Source: Methylocella sp. (lineage in GTDB: Bacteria; Pseudomonadota; Alphaproteobacteria; Rhizobiales; Beijerinckiaceae). Taken from it: a DNA stretch of 64,000 nt. Position numbers and translations under genes: made by a program. How positions within the stretch are numbered: the stretch's first letter is position 1; each line of letters starts with the position of its first letter. The notes under the pieces were generated by a model, which saw nothing but the letters and a program-made list of their open reading frames with translations, did not search any database and was not told the DNA's origin. The stretch spans positions 48,759 to 112,758 of the forward strand of contig DASPVM010000011.1 in the NCBI GenBank assembly GCA_035622375.1, read 5' to 3'. This document shows, in pieces, positions 56,185 to 64,000 of the stretch.

Positions 56185-57303
56185 ATGGCTAGCCGGGGCC
56201 AGGCGACGGACCTGGGGCTCGGAAAATTTCTCCCGAGTGCCGAACCGCCTCAAGCGGGACCGCGAGGTATGATAAAAAACCGCCTGCAAAAATACGGGTC
56301 CGCTGCCGCGGTGGGAATTGGCGCAGGCATTGCCGCAGCTGTCGTGTGCAGTCTTGCAACACGAGCGACGGTTTCAGCGGCTCTCCTCGCAAATCTATGC
56401 CCCCTTCCCATCATGATCACGATGATGGGCTATGGCGCGGTCGCCGGGGCCTCGGCCGTTGGCGCCGCAGCCGTCACGGTGGCGGCGGTTTTCTATGCTC
56501 AGGAAAAGTTTGGCAACGTCGACGCCGCGGCTCTTGCGGGTTTGACTTTTGTATTCTTCGTTGGTCTGCCAGCGTTCTGGTTAAGCCTTCTCTCGGTATT
56601 AAGCCGCGTCAAGGGAAGTACGAATTGGGTCGTCACGACGAGGGTTGGCAGCTTTTTTGCCCGCGAATACTGTCCGCTTGAACGAGTCCTCACTTATGCG
56701 ACGTCGCTCTCCGCGACCGTCGGCGTTGCCATCGCGATCTACGTCAGTTCGCTCTATGGCGGTTTTGATGTGGCGGTCGATAAAATTTCCTCTGAATTAA
56801 TGCTGCTCATTAATCCTAAGCAGCTGCCAGCTGGTGTCGGCCCGCGCGATATCGCACGCGCCACGGCACTTAGCCTCGCTCCCGTCGCGGCGGGGTGCAA
56901 CCTTCTAGTGATGTTGATCAATCTGTGGCTGGCCGGACGCATTGTGCAGCTATCCGGAAAATTGCCGCGGCCATGGCCGAATATCGCGTGGGAGCTTCGC
57001 CTGCCGCGCATTTACCTCTTAGTGTTCGGCCTGGCCTCTGCTTTAGGGCCATATACCGGCGGCCTGCCGGGGCTCATCGTCACCATCGTTGCCGTGACCC
57101 TCGGCGTCGCCTATGCCCTGCTTGGCCTCGCTACCGCGCACCACCTCTTACGTGGGGCCAGCTTCCGGCTGCCGGCGCTCGTTTTGATTTACCTCAGCCT
57201 CGTAATCCCCCTAACCGCTCTCGCTCTCGTCGCGGCCGGGGTTGCGGACGCCGCTTTCTCCTTGCGGGATCGTAAAAAGCCAGGGGTATCTCCGCAACGG
57301 TGA
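56185..57303 (+). CDS. DUF2232 polytopic membrane protein (conserved rpsR-rplI spacer gene of alphaproteobacteria)
   Basis: 372-aa multi-TM ORF at the conserved position between rpsR and rplI. The start may instead be the Met at 56269. Confidence 0.7.
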   Translation: MASRGQATDLGLGKFLPSAEPPQAGPRGMIKNRLQKYGSAAAVGIGAGIAAAVVCSLATRATVSAALLANLCPLPIMITMMGYGAVAGASAVGAAAVTVAAVFYAQEKFGNVDAAALAGLTFVFFVGLPAFWLSLLSVLSRVKGSTNWVVTTRVGSFFAREYCPLERVLTYATSLSATVGVAIAIYVSSLYGGFDVAVDKISSELMLLINPKQLPAGVGPRDIARATALSLAPVAAGCNLLVMLINLWLAGRIVQLSGKLPRPWPNIAWELRLPRIYLLVFGLASALGPYTGGLPGLIVTIVAVTLGVAYALLGLATAHHLLRGASFRLPALVLIYLSLVIPLTALALVAAGVADAAFSLRDRKKPGVSPQR

Positions 57304-57343
57304 AGGTGCCCCTATTTTGGAAGTGAAATAAAGGACGCTACTC

Positions 57344-57910
57344 ATGGAAGTCATTTTACTCGAGCGCGTACGCAAGCTTGGCCAAATGGGCGATACCGTT
57401 CGCGTCAAAGACGGCTATGCGCGCAATTACCTGCTCCCTGGCGGCAAAGCCCTGCGGGCGACAGAGGCAAACAAAGCCCGATTCGAGGGCCAACGCGCTC
57501 AGCTCGAGGCGCGTAACCTCGAAACGCGCAATGAAGCGGCCGCTGTCGCTGAAAAGCTAAACGGCCAGTCTTTTACAATCGTCCGTCAAGCAGGGGAAAC
57601 AGGCCACCTCTATGGTTCGGTATCGACCCGCGATGTTTCAGAAGCGATCACCGCGGGAGGCTTCAACGTGAGCCGTACCCAGATCGCCTTGAAAGCACCG
57701 ATCAAATCGCTTGGACTGCATGACGTTCCAATCGTCCTCCATCCTGAAATCGAGGCGCAGATTGTCGTGAATGTCGCCCGCTCGCCGGCCGAAGCAGAGC
57801 GTCAAGCCAAGGGGGAGGCATTGGATGTTGTCGAGACGACGTCCATGGACGAGCTCGGCCTCGAGGTTGGTGCGGCCCTTGCCGAGGCCGGGGGGTCACC
57901 CGAGTCGTGA
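57344..57910 (+). CDS. rplI: 50S ribosomal protein L9
   Basis: [40 protein letters not shown]. Confidence 0.95.
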   Translation: MEVILLERVRKLGQMGDTVRVKDGYARNYLLPGGKALRATEANKARFEGQRAQLEARNLETRNEAAAVAEKLNGQSFTIVRQAGETGHLYGSVSTRDVSEAITAGGFNVSRTQIALKAPIKSLGLHDVPIVLHPEIEAQIVVNVARSPAEAERQAKGEALDVVETTSMDELGLEVGAALAEAGGSPES

Positions 57911-58474
57911 TTGCGGTCGGCGGCGCTCGGAGAGCAGCTGGGCAATGGTGGCGCGCATGTCTTCAATTCCTTCGCCCGTATGGGACGATGTTGAAACGAG
58001 CCTCGGGAAAGCTGCTGGCCTCTTAAGGGCAAGAGCCAGGGCCGAGGCGCGGCCCTCTCGTTCATTCCAAGCCACTTCGTCGGATTTTGTTAGAACGATT
58101 TGGTAGGACAGGGCCGATCTATCGAGGAGATCGAGCATCTCGATATCGGTCGCTTTTGCCCCATGGCGCCCGTCGATCAAGAGAAAAACGCGCAGGAGCG
58201 AGGGGCGGCCGCGCAAGAACCGCGAGATGAGGCGCGGCCATGATTGCGCGACCTCTTTGGGTACCACCGCATAGCCATAACCCGGCATGTCGACAAGACG
58301 CAGCGTTGGGCCGGCGGAGGCTCCTAAGTCGAAAAAATTCAGCTCCCGGGTTCGGCCAGGCGTCCGCGACGTTCGAGCCAAGGCCTTGCGTCCGGTGAGC
58401 GCATTGATGAGGGAAGACTTTCCGACATTTGAGCGCCCGGCAAAGGCGACCTCCGGAAGGTCCGCTGGCGGCAA
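57896..58474 (-). CDS. engB: Ribosome biogenesis GTPase EngB/YihA (N-terminus probably longer than the TTG-initiated ORF)
   Basis: [12 protein letters not shown] (G1), DMPGYGYA (G3) and TKSD (G4). Conserved upstream residues [26 protein letters not shown] are in frame from 58585, but no ATG, GTG or TTG is available there. Confidence 0.85.
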   Translation of the reverse strand: MPPADLPEVAFAGRSNVGKSSLINALTGRKALARTSRTPGRTRELNFFDLGASAGPTLRLVDMPGYGYAVVPKEVAQSWPRLISRFLRGRPSLLRVFLLIDGRHGAKATDIEMLDLLDRSALSYQIVLTKSDEVAWNEREGRASALALALKRPAAFPRLVSTSSHTGEGIEDMRATIAQLLSERRRPQSRLG

Positions 58475-58581
58475 TTGGCCTCCGTCCGATGATGCCCAAA
58501 CGAAGCGGCAATCTTGTGCAAATAGCTTGCGGCCGGCTTCCGAGTAGCCGACGCTCTCCTGCTCACGGCCTAAAGAGTCGA

Positions 58582-60405
58582 TCAGGTTACCGCCTTCTTA
58601 CGGAACATACCCGCGAGATTATCCCAGAGCTCGATCTTGACGCCGGCCTTCTTCATGATCGCCGTTTGTTGAATAACCGAAAGAAGATTATTCCAACTCC
58701 AATAAATGACGAGGCCCGAGGCGAAACTGCCGAGCGTGAAGGTGAAGATAATCGGCATCCAGGTGAATACCTGCTTTTGTATGGGATCTGTCGGCTCGGG
58801 GTTGACCTTCATTTGGATGAACATCGTGATCCCCATGATCACGGGCCAGGCGCCAAGTATAAGATAGGGCCCAAATACCGGTATCTGAGTCGGATCATAG
58901 GGGATAAGCCCGAAAAGGTTGAAGACATTGGTGGGATCGGGTTTGGAGAGATCCTTGATCCAGCCAAAGAAGGGCGCCTGCCGCATCTCGATGGTGATAA
59001 CAAGCACCTTATAGAGGGAGAAAAACACAGGGATCTGAATGAGCACCGGCAGGCAGCCTGCCAAAGGATTTATTTTCTCGCGCTTATAAAGCGCCATCGT
59101 TTCCATCTGTTGCTTGTGCTTATCATCCGGAAAGCGCTCGCGGAGGGCTTGCAGCTGCGGCTGCAGTCCCTTCATTTTGGCCATCGCGGCATAGCTGCGG
59201 TTTGCCAGCGGAAAGAAAAGCCCTTTCACGATAAGGGTGATGCACAAAATGGCGACGCCGAAGTTGCCAACGAAATTATAGAGGAAATGCAATAGCTGGA
59301 ACATCGGCTTGGTAATGAAGTAGAACCAGCCCCAATCAATGAGAAGGTCGAATTTTTCGATTCCCGAATGATTTTGATAGTCCTTGAGGGTATCAACTTC
59401 CTTGGCGCCAGCGAAAACTCTCGAGGTGAATTCGCCGGACGAGCCGGGGGCAATGACCCTCGCCTCGCTGTCGACGAAACCTGATTGGAAAATGGGCGGA
59501 AAGCTAATGACCCCTGAAAAGCTCGCCTCAACCGTATTTTTCTGGTCGGGGATGACGGCTGCGGCCCAATATTTGTCGGTAAGGCCAAGCCAGCCGCCCG
59601 TCCCGGAGAAAGTCTTCGTTGCCCTCTCTTCCTTCTCTATTTTGTCGTATTTGATCTGCTGAACGCCGGAATCGCCAATGACACCAACATATCCTTCATG
59701 AAGGATTGAGTAGCCCGCCGAAGCAGGTTTGCCAATGCGCTTGACGAAGGCATAGGGGTGAAAGGCGAGAGAACCAGTCGATTTGTTTTCTACGCTGTCT
59801 TGCACCGTAAACATATAACGGTCGTCGATGGCAATTTTACGGTGAAAAATAACGCCCTGACCATTGTCGTAAGTTAGCGTCACCGGAGATCTCTCGGTGA
59901 GAGTGTCGCGGTCCGCCTGCCAAACTGTGTCATAGTCGGGCAGGGCTATAGTTGTGCTTGGGTCGGCAATGAATCCTGTTTCGATATAATAGGGCGCTGG
60001 GGATCCCGGCGGCGAAAGAAGAATGATGTTTGGACTATCAAGACTGACCGACTCGCGGTATTTTTTGAAGGAGACGTCATCAATCCGTGCACCCTTGAGG
60101 GAAATCGAACCATAGACCGAGGGCGCATCCAGTTTGATTCTCGGGCTCTGCGCTAAAGCCTCGGCCCGGCTGAACTGAGGAATATTCCCGCTGCCCTCGG
60201 CCGGGGCTGCCGGGGCCGTCGCCGGTGGGGAGCCGGCATTCTGTTGCCCTCCAGTCTGTGGGGCGGTAGCAGGCTTCTTCTGCATCTGCATTTGCAGCTG
60301 CCGCTCCTTCTGCATTTGCGGACCTGCGTAGAATGTCTCCCAGCCAAGAACCACGAGGATTGACAGGATGGTCGCGAGAATGACGTTTTTGGTTTCTTGA
60401 GTCAT
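58582..60405 (-). CDS. yidC: Membrane protein insertase YidC
   Basis: 607 aa. N-terminal anchor, large periplasmic domain, and a C-terminal 60-kDa IMP core ([25 protein letters not shown]). Confidence 0.95.
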   Translation of the reverse strand: MTQETKNVILATILSILVVLGWETFYAGPQMQKERQLQMQMQKKPATAPQTGGQQNAGSPPATAPAAPAEGSGNIPQFSRAEALAQSPRIKLDAPSVYGSISLKGARIDDVSFKKYRESVSLDSPNIILLSPPGSPAPYYIETGFIADPSTTIALPDYDTVWQADRDTLTERSPVTLTYDNGQGVIFHRKIAIDDRYMFTVQDSVENKSTGSLAFHPYAFVKRIGKPASAGYSILHEGYVGVIGDSGVQQIKYDKIEKEERATKTFSGTGGWLGLTDKYWAAAVIPDQKNTVEASFSGVISFPPIFQSGFVDSEARVIAPGSSGEFTSRVFAGAKEVDTLKDYQNHSGIEKFDLLIDWGWFYFITKPMFQLLHFLYNFVGNFGVAILCITLIVKGLFFPLANRSYAAMAKMKGLQPQLQALRERFPDDKHKQQMETMALYKREKINPLAGCLPVLIQIPVFFSLYKVLVITIEMRQAPFFGWIKDLSKPDPTNVFNLFGLIPYDPTQIPVFGPYLILGAWPVIMGITMFIQMKVNPEPTDPIQKQVFTWMPIIFTFTLGSFASGLVIYWSWNNLLSVIQQTAIMKKAGVKIELWDNLAGMFRKKAVT

Positions 60406-60408
60406 TAC

Positions 60409-60936
60409 TTAGTTATCCTGTCTTTCTCCGCCATTCCGCGGGCCACTCTTGGGGCCGACCGGAATGGATCTTAGCGCCCGCGTTAGCTCCGCCTGAAGGG
60501 TCCTAAAAGGCAAGGCGAGGGCCTCCGGCTTCGCGACGATTACATAGTCATAGCCCGCGCGGGCCGGAAGGGGATCAAGCAGCCGCAATGCCTCCTTCAG
60601 ACGGCGCCGGATGCGGTTGCGCTGCACCGCGCCGCCGATGCGCTTGGTCACGGTGAAGCCGAAACGCGCATTCTTCTTAAGTTCGACCGCGGGCTTCTCT
60701 ATGCTTCTGTCCTCGAGAGACAGCCGGTGGCTCTTTGAGCGAGCTTTGATAAGACGAGGGGCGGCTTGCAGAGTCAGCCCGCGCGCTTGGAAGCGCTTGC
60801 CCTTAGCGACGCTTAAAAACTCGGATCGCTTTTTTAGGCGTTCCAGCACCGCCACGGAGTGCCCGTGCGGTTCGGCCAAAGCATTTTCCTCGACCATGCC
60901 TAGCGGTTTCCGAAAGTTGTTAGATTCGCTTAGCAA
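60409..60936 (-). CDS. rnpA: Ribonuclease P protein component
   Basis: LKKRSEFLSVAKG and FGFTVTKRIGGAVQRNRIRRRLKEA (RNR motif). It has an insertion between these blocks. The start is uncertain (60936 or 60897). Confidence 0.85.
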   Translation of the reverse strand: MLSESNNFRKPLGMVEENALAEPHGHSVAVLERLKKRSEFLSVAKGKRFQARGLTLQAAPRLIKARSKSHRLSLEDRSIEKPAVELKKNARFGFTVTKRIGGAVQRNRIRRRLKEALRLLDPLPARAGYDYVIVAKPEALALPFRTLQAELTRALRSIPVGPKSGPRNGGERQDN

Positions 60937-61036
60937 TGCCTTGCGACGGTTTAAAGCTGCCTAGCCAGCTTGGGCGACTTGGCAAATCCGAAAGGCTCGT
61001 TTTGTGGAACATGGCCAAACTTATGACCTCTGGCGA

Positions 61037-61171
61037 TCAAGCGGACAGCCGTTTGCGACCGCGCGCACGGCGAGCCGCGATCACCTTACGGCCCCCGACC
61101 GTCGACATTCGGGCGCGAAACCCATGCCTGCGCTTGCGAACTAGCTTGCTTGGCTGGTAAGTGCGCTTCAC
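61037..61171 (-). CDS. rpmH: 50S ribosomal protein L34
   Basis: Not in the ORF track. The minus strand, starting at GTG, reads (M)[43 protein letters not shown]-stop, 44 aa. Confidence 0.95.
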   Translation of the reverse strand: MKRTYQPSKLVRKRRHGFRARMSTVGGRKVIAARRARGRKRLSA

Positions 61172-61317
61172 CCAATGACTCCATTCGATCAACAACAAAA
61201 AGCGCCCTCTGCCGCCCGGCTATTCGCCGGCGCCGCTTCAGGCGCCCATTTAGGCGGGAAATAGACCTTAACCGCAGGCTAGTTCGCAGAACGAAGGTCC
61301 GATGACGCTTTCCGGGT

Positions 61318-61456
61318 CTTATAATGGGGATCGGGGAGACAAGTCAATTCGCGCTTCAATCGCCCGTGCTGCCCAATAATTTACCGGGCGGTTGGCCAGT
61401 TCCCGCGCAAACGCCGCGGATGCTTCCCCTAGCCGTGCCCGTGATTACAACTGGTC
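61318..61456 (-). pseudogene. SDR N-terminal (Rossmann) remnant
   Basis: The minus strand reads TAG-RPVVITGTARG, then a shifted frame reads GEASAAFARELANRPVNYWAARAIEARIDLS, with the stop at 61320-61318. This resembles ITGxxxGIGxAxAxELAxRG..Lvl.AR. Only about 45 codons survive. Confidence 0.4.
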
Positions 61457-61722
61457 TCTAACTTGCTTGGAGGAATTCGGACCGGCTCCCTACGGTCTTG
61501 CTCGCGGCCTCCCCGGACCGAGCCCTGCGGCCGCCGCTGGCTGGGCGTCTTCAGCCCTCAGCCAGCGGCATCGCAGCAATGGCCATCCCATCGCGGTGGT
61601 GGCATCAACAACTGTACTGACAAGAAGCTCCTCCGGTATAATCACTGATTTTGCTTTTGACTTGCGGCGAATGCGGCGGCATGGCAACGCATGGCTAAAG
61701 ATAGGAGCGAATAGGCGAGCGC

Positions 61723-62520
61723 ATGACACCCGTCGATTTTACCGCGTTTGTCGATAAGCTCGCCGATGTCGCCGCCGAGGCCATTCTGCCCTTTTTTCGA
61801 ACGGCTCTGCGCGCCGACGATAAGAATCCGAGCGGCGCGTTTGATCCAGTCACGGAGGCCGATCGAGCCGCGGAGGCGGCGATGCGCCACCTCATCCAAG
61901 CGACTTTCCCAAATCACGGCATCATCGGCGAAGAGCACGGCAGCATTCACAAGGACGCGGAGTATGTTTGGCTTCTCGATCCTATTGATGGCACCAAAAG
62001 CTTCATCGCCGGAATGCCCGTCTGGGGAACCCTCATCGGCCTTTTGCACAACGGCAGGCCGGTCTATGGCATGATGGTGCAACCCTTTACCATGGAGCGA
62101 TTTACCGGCGATGGAAAACGCGCCTTTTGGTGGGGGCCGGGTCGCGACCGGCGGATGATGCAACGCAAGCTCACAACGCGCAATTGCGGAGGGCTTGCCT
62201 CGGCAACGCTGATGACAACGTCGCCCCTCCTTTATTCGGAGGATAAGCTGAAAGCCTTCCGGCGGGTCGAAGCAAAAGTCCGCCTTTCTCGATATGGCGG
62301 TGATTGCTACGCTTTTGCGATGCTTGCCGCGGGCCATGTTGATTGCGTCATTGAAGCCGATCTCAAACCCTATGATATCGTTCCGCTGCTGCCGATTATC
62401 GAAGGCGCGGGCGGCCTTGCGACGGGCTGGGATGGCAAAGATGCGATCGGCGGCGGCGATGTCATTGCCTCTTCAAATGCCCGCATCCACGAGGAAGTTT
62501 TGGCTTTGCTTGCCGGGTGA
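61723..62520 (+). CDS. hisN: Inositol monophosphatase-family protein (HisN-type histidinol-phosphatase likely)
   Basis: DPVTEADRAAE, IIGEE, WLLDPIDGTKSFI, WGTLI and YGGDCYAF motifs. Confidence 0.8.
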   Translation: MTPVDFTAFVDKLADVAAEAILPFFRTALRADDKNPSGAFDPVTEADRAAEAAMRHLIQATFPNHGIIGEEHGSIHKDAEYVWLLDPIDGTKSFIAGMPVWGTLIGLLHNGRPVYGMMVQPFTMERFTGDGKRAFWWGPGRDRRMMQRKLTTRNCGGLASATLMTTSPLLYSEDKLKAFRRVEAKVRLSRYGGDCYAFAMLAAGHVDCVIEADLKPYDIVPLLPIIEGAGGLATGWDGKDAIGGGDVIASSNARIHEEVLALLAG

Positions 62521-63782
62521 GTCGGCGCCCAAAGGGCGAGCGTCCGGATTTGAGGGGTAGAATGCCGGGCAGGGCAGAGACCGCCTCTCGATGCGGGGAC
62601 GTTTTCTGGAGCTTCTTGCGGCTCGGGCTGACGAGTTTTGGCGGCCCCATTGCTCATCTTGGCTATTTTCGCTCTGAGTTTGTTGAGCGCCGCAGATGGC
62701 TAAGCGAGGAAGCCTACGCGGAAACGATCGCACTCTGCCAATTCTTGCCCGGTCCGGCGAGCAGCCAGGCCGGAATGATCCTTGGAATGAAGCGGGCAGG
62801 CTTGCCTGGCGCCCTAGCTGCTTGGGTTGGCTTTACCGTGCCCTCGGCAATCGCGCTGATAATCTTCGCTTATGGAGTTCGCTCTGTTAGCGCCATAGCC
62901 AATGCCGCCTGGCTCCATGGCTTCAGAATCGTCGCGGTGAGTATCGTGGCGCAGGCCGTTTGGAATATGGCGCAAAGCTTCTGTCCCGACCGCGCGCGGG
63001 CCAGTCTCGCGGTGGCGGCAATGGTGCTTACACTTGCCCTGCCATCGGCGGCAAGCCAGATCGGCGCCATCGCCCTTGGAGGGATCCTCGGATGGAGATT
63101 CATCGCCGCGCCGAGCAGTACGGCGGCGGGAGGGTCCTTGGAGACAAAGATAGGCCGCGTGCCAGCCGCGATCTCGTTGCTATTATTTTTCGGGCTATTA
63201 GGGGGACTGCCGCTGGCTGCGGCCGCAACTTCCAGCCATACGATTGAGCTCGTCAGCCGTTTTTACCGCTCTGGTGCTCTTGTCTTTGGCGGCGGCCATG
63301 TTGTTTTGCCTCTTTTGCAGCAAGCGGTCGTGCCGCCTGGCTGGCTTAGCAATAGCGTCTTTCTCGCGGGCTATGGCGCGGCACAGGCCATTCCGGGCCC
63401 GCTTTTTTCTTTCGCGGCCTATCTGGGGGCGGCGATGAACCGCTCGCCAAACGGCTTTGCAGGCGGCATGCTCTGTCTTATCGCCATCTATCTCCCATCG
63501 TTTTTGCTGCTGATCGGTATCTTGCCTTTTTGGCAAAGGCTTCGCCAAGTCAGTGCGATCCAAGCGGCGCTGCGAGGCATCAATGCCGCAGTGGTCGGGA
63601 TGTTACTCGGTGCGCTTTATGCCCCGGTGTGGATCAATGCCATTTTTAGGCCGGGGGATTTCTGCCTCGCCGTCATCGCATTTCTGCTTCTAATATTCTG
63701 GAAAACGCCGCCAGGGCTCGTCGCAGTCTTCGGCGCAATCGGTGCGACGATCTTGGCATACATGCCGCCTTTTTCCAATTGA
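62517..63782 (+). CDS. chrA: Chromate ion transporter ChrA (CHR family)
   Basis: FLRLGLTSFGGPIAHLGYFR and the second-half repeat SGALVFGGGHVVLPLL. The GTG start overlaps the hisN stop; an alternative Met lies at 62562. Confidence 0.88.
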   Translation: MSRRPKGERPDLRGRMPGRAETASRCGDVFWSFLRLGLTSFGGPIAHLGYFRSEFVERRRWLSEEAYAETIALCQFLPGPASSQAGMILGMKRAGLPGALAAWVGFTVPSAIALIIFAYGVRSVSAIANAAWLHGFRIVAVSIVAQAVWNMAQSFCPDRARASLAVAAMVLTLALPSAASQIGAIALGGILGWRFIAAPSSTAAGGSLETKIGRVPAAISLLLFFGLLGGLPLAAAATSSHTIELVSRFYRSGALVFGGGHVVLPLLQQAVVPPGWLSNSVFLAGYGAAQAIPGPLFSFAAYLGAAMNRSPNGFAGGMLCLIAIYLPSFLLLIGILPFWQRLRQVSAIQAALRGINAAVVGMLLGALYAPVWINAIFRPGDFCLAVIAFLLLIFWKTPPGLVAVFGAIGATILAYMPPFSN

Positions 63783-63799
63783 ACCTCGTTTCCGGTCCG

Positions 63800-64000
63800 T
63801 CAGGCGGCGGCCTGAATCAGCAGCTTTAGAGATACATTGTCATCGGCAAGGCGGGCGGGGGATACTTTTATCCGGTCGCCCACGAGGCGCTTGGCGGCCA
63901 TGAAATCGCCAGGCCGGTTGACCGCGTCCGCGCCGATAAGCTGGCCAGCTTTGAGGTAAAAAACAACAAACGAAGATGTCTGTGTCTCGCCACGAATGAC
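63800..64000 (-). CDS. FAD-dependent ferredoxin/rubredoxin reductase, C-terminal end only (gene runs off the window)
   Basis: The minus strand reads ...VIRGETQTSSFVVFYLKAGQLIGADAVNRPGDFMAAKRLVGDRIKVSPARLADDNVSLKQLIQAAA-stop. This is the Reductase_C dimerisation domain pattern. Confidence 0.7.
   Translation of the reverse strand, partial: VIRGETQTSSFVVFYLKAGQLIGADAVNRPGDFMAAKRLVGDRIKVSPARLADDNVSLKLLIQAAA

Noticed and set aside
12010-61456. The idea that the two SDR remnants (C-terminal half at 12010-12470, N-terminal stub at 61318-61456, same strand, correct order) are one gene split by a 49-kb insertion.
   Set aside because: The intervening DNA is core chromosome (ribosomal proteins, yidC/rnpA, flagellar genes, recA-distal housekeeping), not a mobile element. 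SDR paralogues are numerous and about 80 residues are unaccounted for. It cannot be tested without alignment to a common homologue.
1-64000. Scan for CRISPR arrays, rRNA, complete tRNAs, RNase P RNA, SRP RNA, 6S RNA, toxin-antitoxin pairs and known defence-system gene sets.
   Set aside because: No regularly spaced direct repeats and no conserved RNA signature strings (for example GGAAAGUCCGG of RNase P, or SRP domain IV) were found. Apart from the bufferin-type RiPP operon reported in the findings, all multi-gene clusters resolve to housekeeping, flagellar, transport or metal-related functions.

Overview
64-kb chromosomal segment of a roughly 60% GC alphaproteobacterium. The gene content looks Hyphomicrobiales/Rhizobiales-like: cpdR, flaF-flbT flagellar regulators, a sigF/nrsF-type ECF pair, yejABEF, Cys-less L36, and DUF2232 between rpsR and rplI. 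Most of the window is housekeeping: recA, alaS, tal, rpmJ, rplY-pth, fused aroK-aroB, gpt, a flgE-flgK-flgL-flaF-flbT-flgD-fliQ block, rpsF-rpsR-rplI, engB, yidC-rnpA-rpmH, hisN and chrA. The standout locus (20.6-24.6 kb) is an ECF sigma/DUF1109 anti-sigma pair divergent from a four-gene operon. That operon encodes a Sec-exported 4-Cys DUF2282 peptide, a DUF692 multinuclear non-haem iron oxidase, DUF2063 and DoxX, which is a bufferin/'gig'-type periplasmic metal-binding RiPP cluster, preceded by an ECF-like promoter. Other notable points follow. (1) A tandem pair of ~90-nt candidate sRNAs carries CCUCCC anti-SD motifs and intrinsic terminators (13.6-13.9 kb), inside a small stress islet with a KGG-repeat protein. 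(2) Gene decay is unusually dense: GT4 glycosyltransferase, Ku, two SDR remnants, a small basic protein, ArsR, DUF488 and an IS5 transposase stub. (3) yejABEF is split by a 1.2-kb opposite-strand insert. (4) An orphan 434-aa His/Pro-rich protein is flanked by AT-rich DNA. (5) A 3' fragment of tRNA-Val at the window edge looks like an integration-site scar. (6) An ArsR promoter is bracketed by two identical palindromic operators. All functional calls come from reading motifs in the supplied translations and DNA. No database search was possible, so family names are recognition-based and start codons are often uncertain.
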